The notes under the pieces: generated by a model
The model's input: only the letters and a program-made list of their open reading frames with translations
Database searches by the model: none
Told to the model about the DNA's origin: nothing
Translations under genes and position numbers: made by a program
Assembly (NCBI GenBank): GCA_965198225.1
Contig: CBDAOY010000009.1
Location: 992,001-1,056,000 of the forward strand
Length of the DNA: 64,000 bases
Direction: 5' to 3'
Source of the DNA: Terriglobia bacterium
Lineage (GTDB): Bacteria; Acidobacteriota; Terriglobia; 20CM-2-55-15
In this document: positions 1-10,718 of the stretch, piece after piece
Layout: every line of letters starts with the position of its first letter
How positions within the stretch are numbered: the stretch's first letter is position 1

Positions 1-188
1 GAAATTACGAGCATTACGCAATAAGCATTCTACGATAATTGTTGACTTGACGAGCTGAGGGCTACACATTTTGTGGGAATCTGCGACATTTGCCTGAAAG
101 AGGAGCGGTGAGGACACCGGCTGTAACAGGGTGGCGAGCGGGTCGGGCGCAACAAAATTATCTATTTCATTGGCCTAAGGACGGTGGG

Positions 189-1585
189 TCAGGACTCGCT
201 GTCTTCTGAAGAAGCTTCTTCGGCGACCTTGATTTCGTACTTTTTCACCTTGTACCAGAGCACCCGTTCGGTGATGCCAAGCATCTTTGCTGCCTTCCGC
301 TGGACGCCGTCGCATCGCTCGAGCGCATCGAGGATCAACTGGCGCTCCACATTCCTAACAGTTTCGTTCAGGTTTTGAGTCGCGGTGGGAATGGTCGCCG
401 GCGCCTTGTCGTCGACCTGCCTGCTGATGTGGGGAGGCAAGAACTTCGAAGTGAGGACTTCACCGTCGGCGATGAGGACCGATCGCTCGACGGTGTTCTT
501 CAACTCCCGGACGTTTCCCGGCCACCGGTACTCGATCAGGCGGTTCATCGCGTCGGACGATATGGACTGGACCGTTCGTCCGAAATTACGGTTCGCGTCC
601 GCCAGGAAATGATCGGCCAGGATCGGGATGTCTTCGATCCGCTCGCGCAGTGCCGGCATGTGCAGGGAGAAGAGATTCAGGCGGTGGAACAGGTCTTCAC
701 GGAAGGCGTGCTCCGTGACGGCCTGGCTGAGGTCCTTGTTCGTTGCCGCGATCACGCGCACGTCGATCGAGATGGGTTTGGTCCCGCCAAGGCGCTCGAA
801 CTCCATCTCCTGCAGGATGCGCAGGATTTTCGCCTGTGCCTGAAGGTTCATGTCGCCGATCTCATCGAGGAAGATCCCTTGTCGGCCATTTCGAACTTCC
901 CGATCTTTCGCTCGGTCGCGCCGGTGAAAGCTCCCTTTTCGAAACCGAAGAGTTCGCTCTCGAGCAGTCCTTCGGGAATGCCGGCGCAATTCAGTTTGAC
1001 CATCGCCTGATCAGTCCGCGGACTGTTCTGGTGTATCGCCCGTGCGATCAGTTCCTTTCCGGTACCCGTTTCGCCCCAGATCAAGACCGTCGCGGTCGTG
1101 TCGGCGACACGGCTGATCAATCTCAGAATCTCCTGGATCGCACCGCTCTTGCCAATGATGTTCTGAACTTGAAACGTCTCGCTGAGCTGTTCTCTGAGGA
1201 TCCGGAGATCGCGTTCCAGTTGTCGGCGCTCCAGAGACCGTTTCACCACGATCTCCATCTCTTCCATTTTGTACGGTTTGACGAAATAGTCGTACGCGCC
1301 CCGCTTGATCGCTTCGATCGCCATTTCTTTGGAGCTGAGCGCCGTGATCATCAGGATCACGATGGAAGGATCGATTTCCTTGAATTTCGAGATCGCGTCG
1401 ATTCCGCTGATTCCGGGAAGCTGGATGTCGAGCAGGATCAGGTCAGATGGCTGCTGCTTGATCTTCTTGAGCCCGGTTTCGGCGTCGCCAGCTTGATCGA
1501 CCGCGTAACCCCGTTTCACGAGCGCTTCCCGGAGAACGAACCGTGAGACTTCTTCGTCGTCGACGATGAGGACGGATTCTTTCAT
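189..1585 (-). CDS. Sigma-54-dependent response regulator (REC-AAA+-HTH, NtrC/PilR-like), split by a frameshift near 875
   Basis: ORF 848..1585 has REC (LIVDDE, LLDIQLP), Walker A GETGTGKE and GAFTGA. ORF 189..989 continues with IFLDEIGDM and a Fis-type HTH (QRKAAKMLGITERVLWYKVKKY). The junction ADKG/IFLDE lacks about 4 nt relative to the usual ADxGTIFLDE. Confidence 0.9.
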
Positions 1586-1635
1586 AGTTCACTGGGGTAT
1601 GAGTGTGGCATCGTCAAGTATTGAATAACGCGTGA

Positions 1636-3109
1636 TCAGGAAGCAGTGGCATCCACTCGATCGGCCAGCTCGCCTGTACCCGCGTCGGCGGGCAGGAGGA
1701 CTCGAAACAGCGTGCCGCTGGACGGATCGCTCTCGACGTGGATGGCGCCTTCATGGGCTTCGATGAGTTGCTTCGCAATCGCCAGACCCAGTCCAGTCCC
1801 TTCCTTTTTGGTCGTAAAGAACGGAACGAACAGTTTTTCGATGATTTCCGGTGGGATGTAGGAGCCCTGGTTGTGAAACTCCACCATCACGGTTGTCTGA
1901 TTCAGTCGGTCCGGGTTGAGGAAATGGACGGGACAGATCCGCACCGTAATCGTCCCCTCTTCGGGCGTGGCCTCGCAGGCATTCTTGAAGATGCCCGTAA
2001 ACACCTCGATCAGCTTGTCTCGATCACCCCAGATTGCGTCACCGACTCTCGGGATACTCTTCCGATAGCTTCAGATTCCGTTCGTTGAGCGCATTTCTCG
2101 AGTACGCGACGGCTTCGCGAACGATCGTGACCGGGTCTTCCAGGTTCGAAGTATTCACCTGGACGGAAGCGTAGGACAGGATATCTTCGACCATGGAGTT
2201 CAGCCGCTCGATGGAGGCGACGATGGTCTTCAGATATTCCTGTTGCGGGGCTTCTTCTGGCAGGTCCTCCGCCGTCAGTTCGGCCAGGCTCCGGATGTAA
2301 CCCAGGGGCGTCCGGACTTCGTGAGCCATCCCGCTGATCGTGCCGCCCAGTGAAGCCAGGACGTCAATTTTGCGCAACTGATCCTTCACGCGGCTGAACT
2401 CTTCGATGTCCCGGATGATGATCACGACGCCTATCGTTTCGTTTCCGCTGCCGGTCGCCGGCGATGCCGTGGCGCGCACGTAGACATCCCGGCCGGTACG
2501 GGTCGAAATGATGATGTCCCGCGTTTGGAAAGTGCCGTTGCCGAGCGCAGCGTCGATGAGACGCAGGACCTGGAAGTTCCGGGCCGGACCCGGGAACAGG
2601 TCCGTGTAGCTCTTCCCCAGGTAATCCTCACGTCTGATTTCGAGAAGCCCTTCGACCGGCGCGTTCAGGAATGCGACCGTCTTATCGGCGTTCAGACTGA
2701 TGATCCCCTCGGTCATCTGCATGAACAGGTCTGCCGACCGCAGGTAGCCCTTCAGAGGGACGAACGTCTGGTTGTACAGGGTCGCCAGAGAGGTAATTTC
2801 GTCGTCTGCGGTCTGGATCTCGCCCGATTCACTGGCCGGTCGGAGTTCGCGCATACCCCCGATCATCTGCTCCACTGGCTCCAGAATGTATCGCGCGATC
2901 GCCAGGGCGGTTCCGGCCGCGACGAAGGCAATGACGAGGGCCACCACCTTGAGGTTGGTCAGGAGAGGCTTCAGATCGATAGGCCTTTCGTAACGCCCCA
3001 GGGTCGACTCGATCATCCCAAGGGGGAGAAACCCGGCGGCGAGAGTAAAACAGATCACCACAAGTGGTATGCCGAGCATCAGACGGAAACGATACCTGGA
3101 TTTGGTCAT
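1636..3109 (-). CDS. Membrane PAS sensor histidine kinase (PilS-like), frameshifted near 2045
   Basis: ORF 2039..3109 has two TM helices, a PAS domain and the H-box AHEVRTPL. The shifted frame gives IWGDRDKLIEVFTGIFKNACEA and FVPFFTTKKEGTGLGL (HATPase). It lies directly upstream of the sigma-54 regulator. Confidence 0.88.
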
Positions 3110-3194
3110 GACTCGTCGGTCGTGAATGAATCGCGATGTGATTGAGAGATCTCTGGCTTTTCCGGAAAACTGGTGGATCTTATTGCAAATCGAC

Positions 3195-3325
3195 GGCCGC
3201 GGATTACGCGTATGAGACAGCCACGGATTACACAGATTACACGGACAGGAAGGTCATGGGGCTGTGGTCCGACGAGACCATTCCTAATTCGGTAAATCCG
3301 CTCAATCCGTGGCTGCATCCGTCAA
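3195..3325. repeat. Degenerate 9-mer repeats in inverted arrangement (CACGGATTA/CACAGATTA ... TAAATCCGC/CAATCCGTG)
   Basis: Short tandem units on the left have reverse-complement counterparts at about 3293-3321, in the intergenic region. Confidence 0.5.
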
Positions 3326-3490
3326 TCTTCGATGGTTTTTCAGAAACCGGAACTCCCAAATCTCTTAATGACCTCACAGTTTGCAGTGCCGAGGGCTTTT
3401 CTCGCAAGTCCTTCGTGCGTTTAGTAATTCACAAGCTGAAAGCTGAGGCTGATCGGCTTCCCCCAGTTTTAGACACTTGGGAAGCTCCTG

Positions 3491-4093
3491 TCAGTTGAGG
3501 AGAATGGTAACGACTCCACCGGCACAGAGCCAGGGCCCGAGTGCCCGAGGGCGGGCCGGTAACCCGGCGGCTTTCATAATCAGTGCACCGGCAACCCCGA
3601 ACACCCCGGTCAGGATAAGCGTAGTGATCATTCCCGGCCAGCCGATGAACGTTCCGATCATCGCCGCGAGTTTCCAGTCACCGCCGCCCACTTCTTTCCC
3701 TCGCGCGGCTTCCACCACGGTCGTGGCGATCAGAACTCCCCCCCCGAACAGAAGACCGCCGATGGAGTACACGATACCAAGCGGCAGCAGCGTGCCGGCG
3801 GCAGCCAGGCCCGACAGAGCGCCTGGAATCGTGACGATCAAGGGGATCTCTTGCTTCCGGTGATCGAACAGGGCGACTCCCACCAGAACCATCGTGAAGA
3901 TGCCGTAGACCGCTAGAAGGGCAGAGGGCCCGAACTTGCTGCCCAGGATGGCAAGCAGAAGGGCCGAGGTGACAATCGTCAAGGCTCTCTCTAAACGGTG
4001 TTTCCCCCGGCTCCTTCGATCGACGATCCTGTAGACGATCCAGCCCGAGAGACTGCCGAGGGGTAGCAGGATCGCCAGAAGTTGAGCGCTCAA
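3491..4093 (-). CDS. A24 prepilin peptidase, short form without the N-terminal Cys/Zn domain
   Basis: Multi-TM 200 aa protein with two catalytic-type Asp motifs (ALFDHRKQEIP, GGGDWKLAAMIG). It overlaps the TPR gene by 4 nt. Confidence 0.85.
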   Translation of the reverse strand: MSAQLLAILLPLGSLSGWIVYRIVDRRSRGKHRLERALTIVTSALLLAILGSKFGPSALLAVYGIFTMVLVGVALFDHRKQEIPLIVTIPGALSGLAAAGTLLPLGIVYSIGGLLFGGGVLIATTVVEAARGKEVGGGDWKLAAMIGTFIGWPGMITTLILTGVFGVAGALIMKAAGLPARPRALGPWLCAGGVVTILLN

Positions 4094-5376
4094 GGCCCAG
4101 GCGGGGACAGGGCCCGGATCTTCTCTTCGACCTGATCCACCAGTTGCGGGTAGCGGTCCGAACCCAGGGAAAGAAATTCCGTAAAGTGTTCGACGGCACT
4201 GCCGTTTTCGCCCTGCTCTTCATACAACAGTGCCAGGTTGTAGTGAGTGTCGGCGCTCGAGGGATCGATCTGGAGCGCGCGGAGGTATTGAAACTTCGCT
4301 TCTTCGAGCTTCCCGTCGTTGCGGTAGAGGATCGCCAGGTTTGTCATCGCCGCGGCGTTTGTGGGGTTCAGATCCAGGGCCCTCTGAAACTCTCGTTCCG
4401 CCTCCGAGTCCTGGCCATCGTTCACCAGTGCCGTTCCCAGGTTGTTATGCGCTTTGTCATAATCCGAGTCGATGCGGATGGCCCGTCGGAATGCTTCGAT
4501 CGCCTGGCTGTTATCGGATAAGGCCATGTGCATCAATCCGACATTATTGTGGACCTGGGCGTTGAAGTAGTCCTGTTCCAGAACCTCGTCGTAGAGCTCG
4601 AAAGCTTTAAGATACTCACCCATCTGCTGGTAGCGCACGGCCAGCTCGAACGGGTCAGCCTCGGGGGGACTGATAATGACTTCGCTTGCCGACGCGGCGA
4701 CTTCGCTTGCCGACGCGCCCGTTGCGGGCTCCGGTGGATCAACGGCATTTCCAGAATCGGGACTCTCGTCCTCGCTGTTTTGCTCGGGTGGCGGCTCAGG
4801 TTCTTCAGGAGCGTTCGTGGCAAGATCTTCCTGTTGCGCAACCGGGAGCACCATACGACGGTCCTCCGTTGGTTCGGGTTCCGGTGTGTCCGTCTCGGTC
4901 GGAAGCGGTCCGGGGATGCCCGACGGCAACGGAGCGTCAAACGCTGCTTCGGCGCCGCCGGCTTCCTCTTGCCCACCGGGTCCGTCTGCCGGTTCACTCG
5001 TGGCGGCATCGGCAGTCAAGGGATCGTCCTCCAGGTACCCCTCCGCCGGCATTGCCGGCAATTCTTCACCTTCTGGTGCTGCTTCCTCTATTTCGTCCCC
5101 CAGCGGGAGGAACTCTCCGTCGGGCTCGAGAAGTTGGGCCTGCTCCGCCATGGGCGATTCCGCGGCCATGCTGATCCAGTACATCACTCCTGCCGCGATG
5201 ACGGAACCGAGAATCACGACCGGAAGGACGTAGGAAATCAGGATCTTTCTTGTCTTGTTCTGAGGAGCCTGCTGGTCGGCGAAGCCGAAGCTCTTGAGGT
5301 AGGCGGGGGCACGCTGGGGTGCCGAACCCGTTGCCAGGTTCTTGGCCTTTCGGAGCGTGTCGAGGATGAGGCTCAT
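4090..5376 (-). CDS. Membrane-anchored TPR protein (MshN-like)
   Basis: N-terminal MSLILDTLRKA, one TM helix, a long acidic Pro-rich linker and C-terminal TPRs (AHNNLG, AMTNLA, THYNLA). It follows the ExeA/MshM-like gene. Confidence 0.8.
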   Translation of the reverse strand: MSLILDTLRKAKNLATGSAPQRAPAYLKSFGFADQQAPQNKTRKILISYVLPVVILGSVIAAGVMYWISMAAESPMAEQAQLLEPDGEFLPLGDEIEEAAPEGEELPAMPAEGYLEDDPLTADAATSEPADGPGGQEEAGGAEAAFDAPLPSGIPGPLPTETDTPEPEPTEDRRMVLPVAQQEDLATNAPEEPEPPPEQNSEDESPDSGNAVDPPEPATGASASEVAASASEVIISPPEADPFELAVRYQQMGEYLKAFELYDEVLEQDYFNAQVHNNVGLMHMALSDNSQAIEAFRRAIRIDSDYDKAHNNLGTALVNDGQDSEAEREFQRALDLNPTNAAAMTNLAILYRNDGKLEEAKFQYLRALQIDPSSADTHYNLALLYEEQGENGSAVEHFTEFLSLGSDRYPQLVDQVEEKIRALSPPGP

Positions 5377-5377
5377 T

Positions 5378-5460
5378 TTAGCTTTCAGCTCTCAGCTTTC
5401 GGCGGTCAGCTTTCAGCTCCCCTTGGACAGACTTGAGCTGATCGCTGAACACTGACCGCT
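5378..5460. repeat. Heptamer-like repeat tract (GCTTTCA/GCTCTCA ... GCTGA); related tracts near 3433-3458, 23530-23635, 25850-25920, 33000-33085, 35240-35345 and 46203-46226
   Basis: Degenerate 7-nt periodic tracts sit right after stop codons, often with an inverted partner tract. Confidence 0.5.
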
Positions 5461-5462
5461 TC

Positions 5463-6427
5463 CTAGGTTCCCGCAAAACCATTAATCATCACGATGAGCG
5501 CCATGGCAAGAAGAATGGACAGGCCCAGCACGACGGCCGCCCGCCTCGTTGCCGCGGCAGCTTTCATCCGTCCCCACCGACCAGAGCCTCGGGCCGGTTT
5601 CTTCAGCTGCAGGTTGTCGATCGCCTGACGTGTCACTCCCGAATCCAGCGTTGCTGCGCCCAACGCCATTCCAGCCAGCAGCGATCGGTCTGCGATGAGG
5701 TTGATCAACCGGGGGATCCCGCCGGAATAGTCGTAGATCTGTTTGGTGCCGTCCGGTGCGAACGAGACGCTCGACGGGGTCGCTCCGGCGATGGCGAGCC
5801 GATGCCGGAGATAGTCTCCGATTTCGGTTTCCGACAACTCCGACAGCTCGCACTTGATCGAAACACGTTGGAAGAGCTGGCGCAGCGTCGGCTGCGACAA
5901 CACGTCGATGAGATTGAGCTGGCCCACGAGGACTATCTGCAGCAGCTTTTCCTTGTTGGTCTCCAGGTTCGAAAGTATCCGGATCTGCTCGAGAGTTGCC
6001 ATTGGTATGTTCTGGGCCTCGTCGATGAGGACAACGGCCCGTCCCCCGGACTCCAGTGTCTTCAGCAGGAAATCGTTCAACGCGTTGATCAGATCCTGTT
6101 TGTCAGGCTCGATCGGTCGCCTTTCCTACCCGGAAGCCGGACATCGAAATCCTCGAGGATCGCCTTGATGAGGTCGGTTTCGGACAGGAACGGGTTCAGC
6201 AGCAGGGCGGTGTGAACGTGCTCGTCGATCGCTCCGAGGACCGTGCGGCACAGGGTTGTCTTGCCCGTACCGATATCACCGTAGACGAGCATGAAGCCTT
6301 CCCGGCGCTCAATCCCGTACTGCAACAGCTCGAAGGCTCGCGTGTGGCCGGCACTCCTGTAGAAATACTTGGGATCAGGAGTCAGGCTGAACGGGGGCTC
6401 GATCAGTCCGTAGTGTTGTTCGTACAT
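5463..6427 (-). CDS. ExeA/GspA/MshM-family AAA ATPase, frameshifted at about 6100
   Basis: MYEQHYGLIEPPFSLTPDP, Walker A GDIGTGKT, Walker B VLIDEAQ and YSGGIPRLIN. Adding one A to the run at 6099-6101 (minus strand) restores SLTKQDLINALNDFL. Confidence 0.9.
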
Positions 6428-6478
6428 AAACGCCTCGATACGGTTGCCCTGAAAAACGGGGCATTCCGGATCCCGCCG

Positions 6479-8002
6479 CTACCGATTCGTTCCGCCCTTG
6501 AGCTGCTCCTGCGACTCTATTCGCTGCCTGGCATAATCGGCTGCGGTGCTGACGGTCATGACCCTCGGCGTCAACAAGATCACCATATCGGTCTTCCGGT
6601 TTTCCCGGGTGACTCTCTTGAACAGGCCGCCGAGCAACGGAATGTCACCCAGGATGGGAATCTTTGTCACTTGCTCGAGTGTGCGATCAGAAATCAACCC
6701 GGCTAGAACGACCGTGTCGCCCTCGGCTACGCGGACAACGGTGTCGGCCTCACGGACGTCGACGATCGGCACGGTGAGTCCCTCCGGCGATGTGGCTTGC
6801 CCGGTTCGCTCGGTGATCGTCGGATGGATGTTCATCGTGATGATGCCACCATCGCTGATCTGAGGAGTGACGTCCAGGACGACACCTTCGTTGATGGTGC
6901 TCGGAACGGTAGAGGATTGAACGATCGTTCCGGTGCGTGGATCCACCTGCGTGGTCGTCGTGAAGAACACGTCCTGCGTTCCGACCCTCATGATTGCGGG
7001 CTGGTTGTTCAACGTCGATACCGTTGGGCTCGACAAGACGTTAACCGAACCATGCTGGGACAACGCCTGGATCACAGCGGTGAAGTCGTCGTTGGTGACA
7101 TTCAAGTTGAAGCCACCCTGCAGGGCGCCGACGCTCTGGGTCGCTCTCAGCGTGTTGCCCAGAATCGCCGTCCAGTCGATGCCCGCCTGGAAGTCGTCGT
7201 TCAGCTTGACCTCGATGATTTTTGCTTCGATGACGACCTGGCGGCTAACCGCGTTCTCGACCATCTCGAGGAAGTTCGCGATCGTGTCGAGGTTCCGGGG
7301 GAAGTCGGTCGCGAAAATCAGTCCGGCCATCCGGTTGAAGATGACCGTACCTTCATCCGACTTCAGCAGCTGCAGGTTGGCGTCGACTTCCTCGAGCAGG
7401 TTTGTCTGCTCCGTTCCGGAAACCGAAGTCGACGACCCCCCGCCTGACCCACCGCCCCCCCCGGGAGCCGTCGTACCGACAGTTGCAGTTGACGCTCCAC
7501 CGCCGGCCGAGGCACTGGCCGATAGCGAGCGGGACAGGGACCGGGCTGTCGTGATGTAGTCGAACTCGAACGTCCGGGACTCCATCTGGAGAGGTTCCAC
7601 GATGAGCAGGTCGTCCTCGATTCGGTATACCACCCCCCGCGGATCAAGCAGAACACGGAGCGCCTCCTCGAGCGTGACGTCCACGAGGTTCGTCGAACTG
7701 ACTGCCTCGGAAATCTCCTGATCCATCAGCAGGTTGAGGTTGAAGTACTGAGTGATGGCTGTCAGCAGCAGACGCAGGTCGATCGGATCAACAATCTCCA
7801 GGCTGAAGGGAGCAGTTTCCGCCTGGGGCTGGGTTTCCAGTTGGACCGCCGGCAGTTGTTGCGCCGTCGGAGCGACCGGGGCCGCGGGTATGCCGACCGC
7901 ATTTCCGCCGCCTGTCCCGGCGATCTGAGGAACATTCAACTCTCGTGGCAGCTGTTGCTGAGCGCCGAGGAGCATCAGCAGAGCTACAGTGATTGTCTTC
8001 AT
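6479..8002 (-). CDS. mshL: Outer-membrane secretin (MshL/PilQ/GspD family; MshL-like)
   Basis: Signal peptide, Ser/Gly-rich loop, RQVVIEAKIIEV, LSSPTVSTLNNQPA and KIPILGDIPLLGGLFK. Confidence 0.88.
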   Translation of the reverse strand: MKTITVALLMLLGAQQQLPRELNVPQIAGTGGGNAVGIPAAPVAPTAQQLPAVQLETQPQAETAPFSLEIVDPIDLRLLLTAITQYFNLNLLMDQEISEAVSSTNLVDVTLEEALRVLLDPRGVVYRIEDDLLIVEPLQMESRTFEFDYITTARSLSRSLSASASAGGGASTATVGTTAPGGGGGSGGGSSTSVSGTEQTNLLEEVDANLQLLKSDEGTVIFNRMAGLIFATDFPRNLDTIANFLEMVENAVSRQVVIEAKIIEVKLNDDFQAGIDWTAILGNTLRATQSVGALQGGFNLNVTNDDFTAVIQALSQHGSVNVLSSPTVSTLNNQPAIMRVGTQDVFFTTTTQVDPRTGTIVQSSTVPSTINEGVVLDVTPQISDGGIITMNIHPTITERTGQATSPEGLTVPIVDVREADTVVRVAEGDTVVLAGLISDRTLEQVTKIPILGDIPLLGGLFKRVTRENRKTDMVILLTPRVMTVSTAADYARQRIESQEQLKGGTNR

Positions 8003-8619
8003 TCGTTACCCCCCCGGGGCCGCCCCGGTGCGAATAGGATCAAACGTTGGAGCGGTATCACGCGCGTCTCTCCCCGAAACTCAAGAACAATCCCATCACT
8101 GTTGATCCCCGTGACCGTCTCTGCTCCGAGACGGCTACCCTGACGAACGATTCTGGAACCGACGACGGCCCAGGCACCTTTGTCCCCGGACACGATCATC
8201 GAGACCGTATAGGCCGGAAGTTCCGGGGCCAGCGCCGGAGCCGGCACATTCGGTTCGGGCAATGGGACAAGGATAGGGACGTCCGATTCCGGAATGAGCC
8301 CGGCGATTTCATCCAATGTCAGAAACGGGTTCCTTCCCCACTGCCCGATGGGGATTTCGGTGGCTTCGACGGCTGCGGTTTCCGGATCTTCCGATAGAGT
8401 CGCCGTCGCCGTTGGCAGTGGGGTCGGCAGGCATGCCACCGGCAATGTAGGTGGAGCCACGCCCCCGGCGGGTGAGGGATCGGTCGCGGGAGTCGAGGCC
8501 GTTTCGCCCGGGACCACCGGCGGCGCCGGACGTGCGCGCCAGACCTGAAGCCCGATCACCCCCCCGATCACAATCACGCCGGCCGCCAGCACCAACGCCT
8601 GTTTGACTTTCTCGCTCAA
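7999..8619 (-). CDS. Pilus accessory protein (PilP/MshK-like position)
   Basis: N-terminal TM helix, Pro-rich linker, WGRNPF motif and a small beta domain (AVVGSRIVRQGSRLG). It lies between pilO and the secretin with 4-nt overlaps. Confidence 0.6.
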   Translation of the reverse strand: MSEKVKQALVLAAGVIVIGGVIGLQVWRARPAPPVVPGETASTPATDPSPAGGVAPPTLPVACLPTPLPTATATLSEDPETAAVEATEIPIGQWGRNPFLTLDEIAGLIPESDVPILVPLPEPNVPAPALAPELPAYTVSMIVSGDKGAWAVVGSRIVRQGSRLGAETVTGINSDGIVLEFRGETRVIPLQRLILFAPGRPRGGNE

Positions 8620-9203
8620 CCGATGACCTCGCTCTTGTAGACGTGGAACGACATTGTGACGTCCACGTAGGGCTGGTTTCGACGCAGCTGGATCGAGACG
8701 AACTCTGCAAGTCGTGGAAGCCGGCCGATATCGTGGATGAACTCTGCCACGTTGCGGTAGTCGCCGCTGAACTCGAGCGTCACGACAACATAGCGACGGA
8801 CGCCGACCGATTGCGACAGGGCGTCGGAAGACGACGGCTCGCCGTCGATTTCATCCAGCATGCGCTCCTCATTGCCGAGGACGAACCGCTCCAGGCGATT
8901 GAGGTTCGCCAGCCGAGTGACCTCCGAGAAAAAAGCCGGGACCGCCGGATCTGCCAGGAGCATGCTCGCCATCAGGTTCTCCTGAGTGGTCCACTCTCCC
9001 CGCTCGTCATCGGTCGGCAGCACGATCGCATCGGCTTCGAGTTCCTTCTGGGCCAACTCATCCGTCAGTTCCTCGACCTCCGTGCGGATCGTTCCCAGGT
9101 ACCAGGTCGTCGCCACCGTGCCCGCGACTGCGAACACCAGGATGGCGCCGTAGAGCAAGACCTGACGGTCGATTCCCTTCAGAGCATTGAGTTCAGCAGG
9201 CAT
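8616..9203 (-). CDS. pilO: PilO/MshJ/GspM-like alignment protein
   Basis: TM helix, coiled coil and the C-terminal motif LEFSGDYRNVAEFIHDIGRLPRL. Confidence 0.72.
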   Translation of the reverse strand: MPAELNALKGIDRQVLLYGAILVFAVAGTVATTWYLGTIRTEVEELTDELAQKELEADAIVLPTDDERGEWTTQENLMASMLLADPAVPAFFSEVTRLANLNRLERFVLGNEERMLDEIDGEPSSSDALSQSVGVRRYVVVTLEFSGDYRNVAEFIHDIGRLPRLAEFVSIQLRRNQPYVDVTMSFHVYKSEVIG

Positions 9204-10702
9204 CTCACCTCGAAAGTGGCCCGACTCGTGACCCCCTGCGTCGCGGCCCCCGTGGCGTCGGTCAATTGAACATTTTCGTAGCTGACGCTCAGCGGCTGGC
9301 TCATCTCCACGGATGAGAAATATTCCAGGCCGCGGAGTTCGTCGAAGAACTGGTTGAAGTCGGCGGTCGCCTGTCCCTGAGCCCCGCCGCGCAGATATCC
9401 GGTTATCACCAATGCGGGGCTGTCACCGCCTTCGACCTGAATCGTCTCGAAGACCGCCGTGTCGGGGACGATGATGCTGAGGCTGCGGAACGTATCCGCC
9501 CATCCGATGGCCGAAGCCATCCGGCCCGCGAACGCCGCGCGGGTGAGCGCCAGGTCCCGTTCGACGGCCGCGGCAGCACCCTCGGCGAGCCTCGGTTCCA
9601 GTTCTGCGATCCCGGCTTCGATATCCAGTTGCTCGGCATGGAGGGCGCTGCTTCCCATGAAGTACCGCAAGCCCGAGGCCAGGAACACGGCGAGCGCGAA
9701 TATCGCCGCGACCTTGATCGCCTTCTGGTATACGGGTGGCCCCTCCTTGGACGAGGCCTTCCCGGGAATCAGGTTGACACCGGTTTCCGGCGTCTTGTGC
9801 CAGGCTACCCCGAACGCCGCGGACAGGGAAGGGATGTGGAAGCGAAACTCGTCCCATTCTCCTTTGAAGGAGGAGGGGTCGAGGTTGTCGTCGAAGCGCA
9901 GGACGTTGCTCTCGATGCCGAGATCATCTTTGACTCTCGATACATTCGTCCATCCGATCATGTCGCTTTCGCCCGAAAACAGGACTTCATCGACCTTTCC
10001 CTGCGGGAAATTCTGACGGAAGTACAAGGTGGATCTCTTGATCTCCGTCATCAGCCGATCGGCACTCTGGTCCGGGTCGACCTCGCCGTAGCTGATGGGC
10101 AGATCCCGGCAGAGCAGAATGGCCCCGTCCTGGACAAACACGACATGGACGCTCGCCGTGCCGAAATGGACGATGCACTTGACGGTCTCCTTCTTCCAGT
10201 ACCCGATGTGCTGGGTCAGGTTCAGCAAGGCCTCGCCGAGGGTCGTGACTTTCTGAAGCTTGAGGCGAGTCCGGCCGAAGAACTCCTGGGCTTCGCTGAC
10301 CGCGTCCGTTGCGGCAGTGACGAGCAGGATCTGTCGCTTCTTGATACCCAGCTCCTCCTTGGACTTCAGCAGCTGGTAGTCCCAGTAGGTATCGGTTGCT
10401 CCAGCAGGGGCTGACTTCTTCGCTTCCCGCTGCATGACGAAACGGAGCTCCCGCCCCGACAGGGGAGGAAGCGTCAGAAGCTTGTGCTCGACCTGGATCG
10501 CGTTGACCGCTACGACGGCATCCTTGGCCTCGAATCCGCGGACCTGCAGCGTGTGATTCAACTGATCGACTCGACGATCGGGATCGATGGCGCGGTTGTC
10601 GACGATGGCGAAGTTGAACACCTTCAGCCGACGGCCGTAACCCACCTCGACGAGCTTGATGCTGTCGGGTGAAAACTCGATTCCGAGTACGCGGTTTGAC
10701 AT
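9179..10702 (-). CDS. pilM: PilM-PilN fusion protein (MshI/GspL-like)
   Basis: Actin-like PilM start (VLGIEFSPDSIKLVEV), an internal PilN motif GVNLIP, a TM helix and a PilN-like periplasmic domain. Confidence 0.78.
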   Translation of the reverse strand: MSNRVLGIEFSPDSIKLVEVGYGRRLKVFNFAIVDNRAIDPDRRVDQLNHTLQVRGFEAKDAVVAVNAIQVEHKLLTLPPLSGRELRFVMQREAKKSAPAGATDTYWDYQLLKSKEELGIKKRQILLVTAATDAVSEAQEFFGRTRLKLQKVTTLGEALLNLTQHIGYWKKETVKCIVHFGTASVHVVFVQDGAILLCRDLPISYGEVDPDQSADRLMTEIKRSTLYFRQNFPQGKVDEVLFSGESDMIGWTNVSRVKDDLGIESNVLRFDDNLDPSSFKGEWDEFRFHIPSLSAAFGVAWHKTPETGVNLIPGKASSKEGPPVYQKAIKVAAIFALAVFLASGLRYFMGSSALHAEQLDIEAGIAELEPRLAEGAAAAVERDLALTRAAFAGRMASAIGWADTFRSLSIIVPDTAVFETIQVEGGDSPALVITGYLRGGAQGQATADFNQFFDELRGLEYFSSVEMSQPLSVSYENVQLTDATGAATQGVTSRATFEVRCLLNSML

Positions 10703-10718
10703 CGTTCTCCTGAAGCTA

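Noticed and set aside
4678-4719. 21-bp tandem duplication (ASASEVA) in the TPR gene
   Set aside because: In-frame slippage in a low-complexity linker; ordinary.
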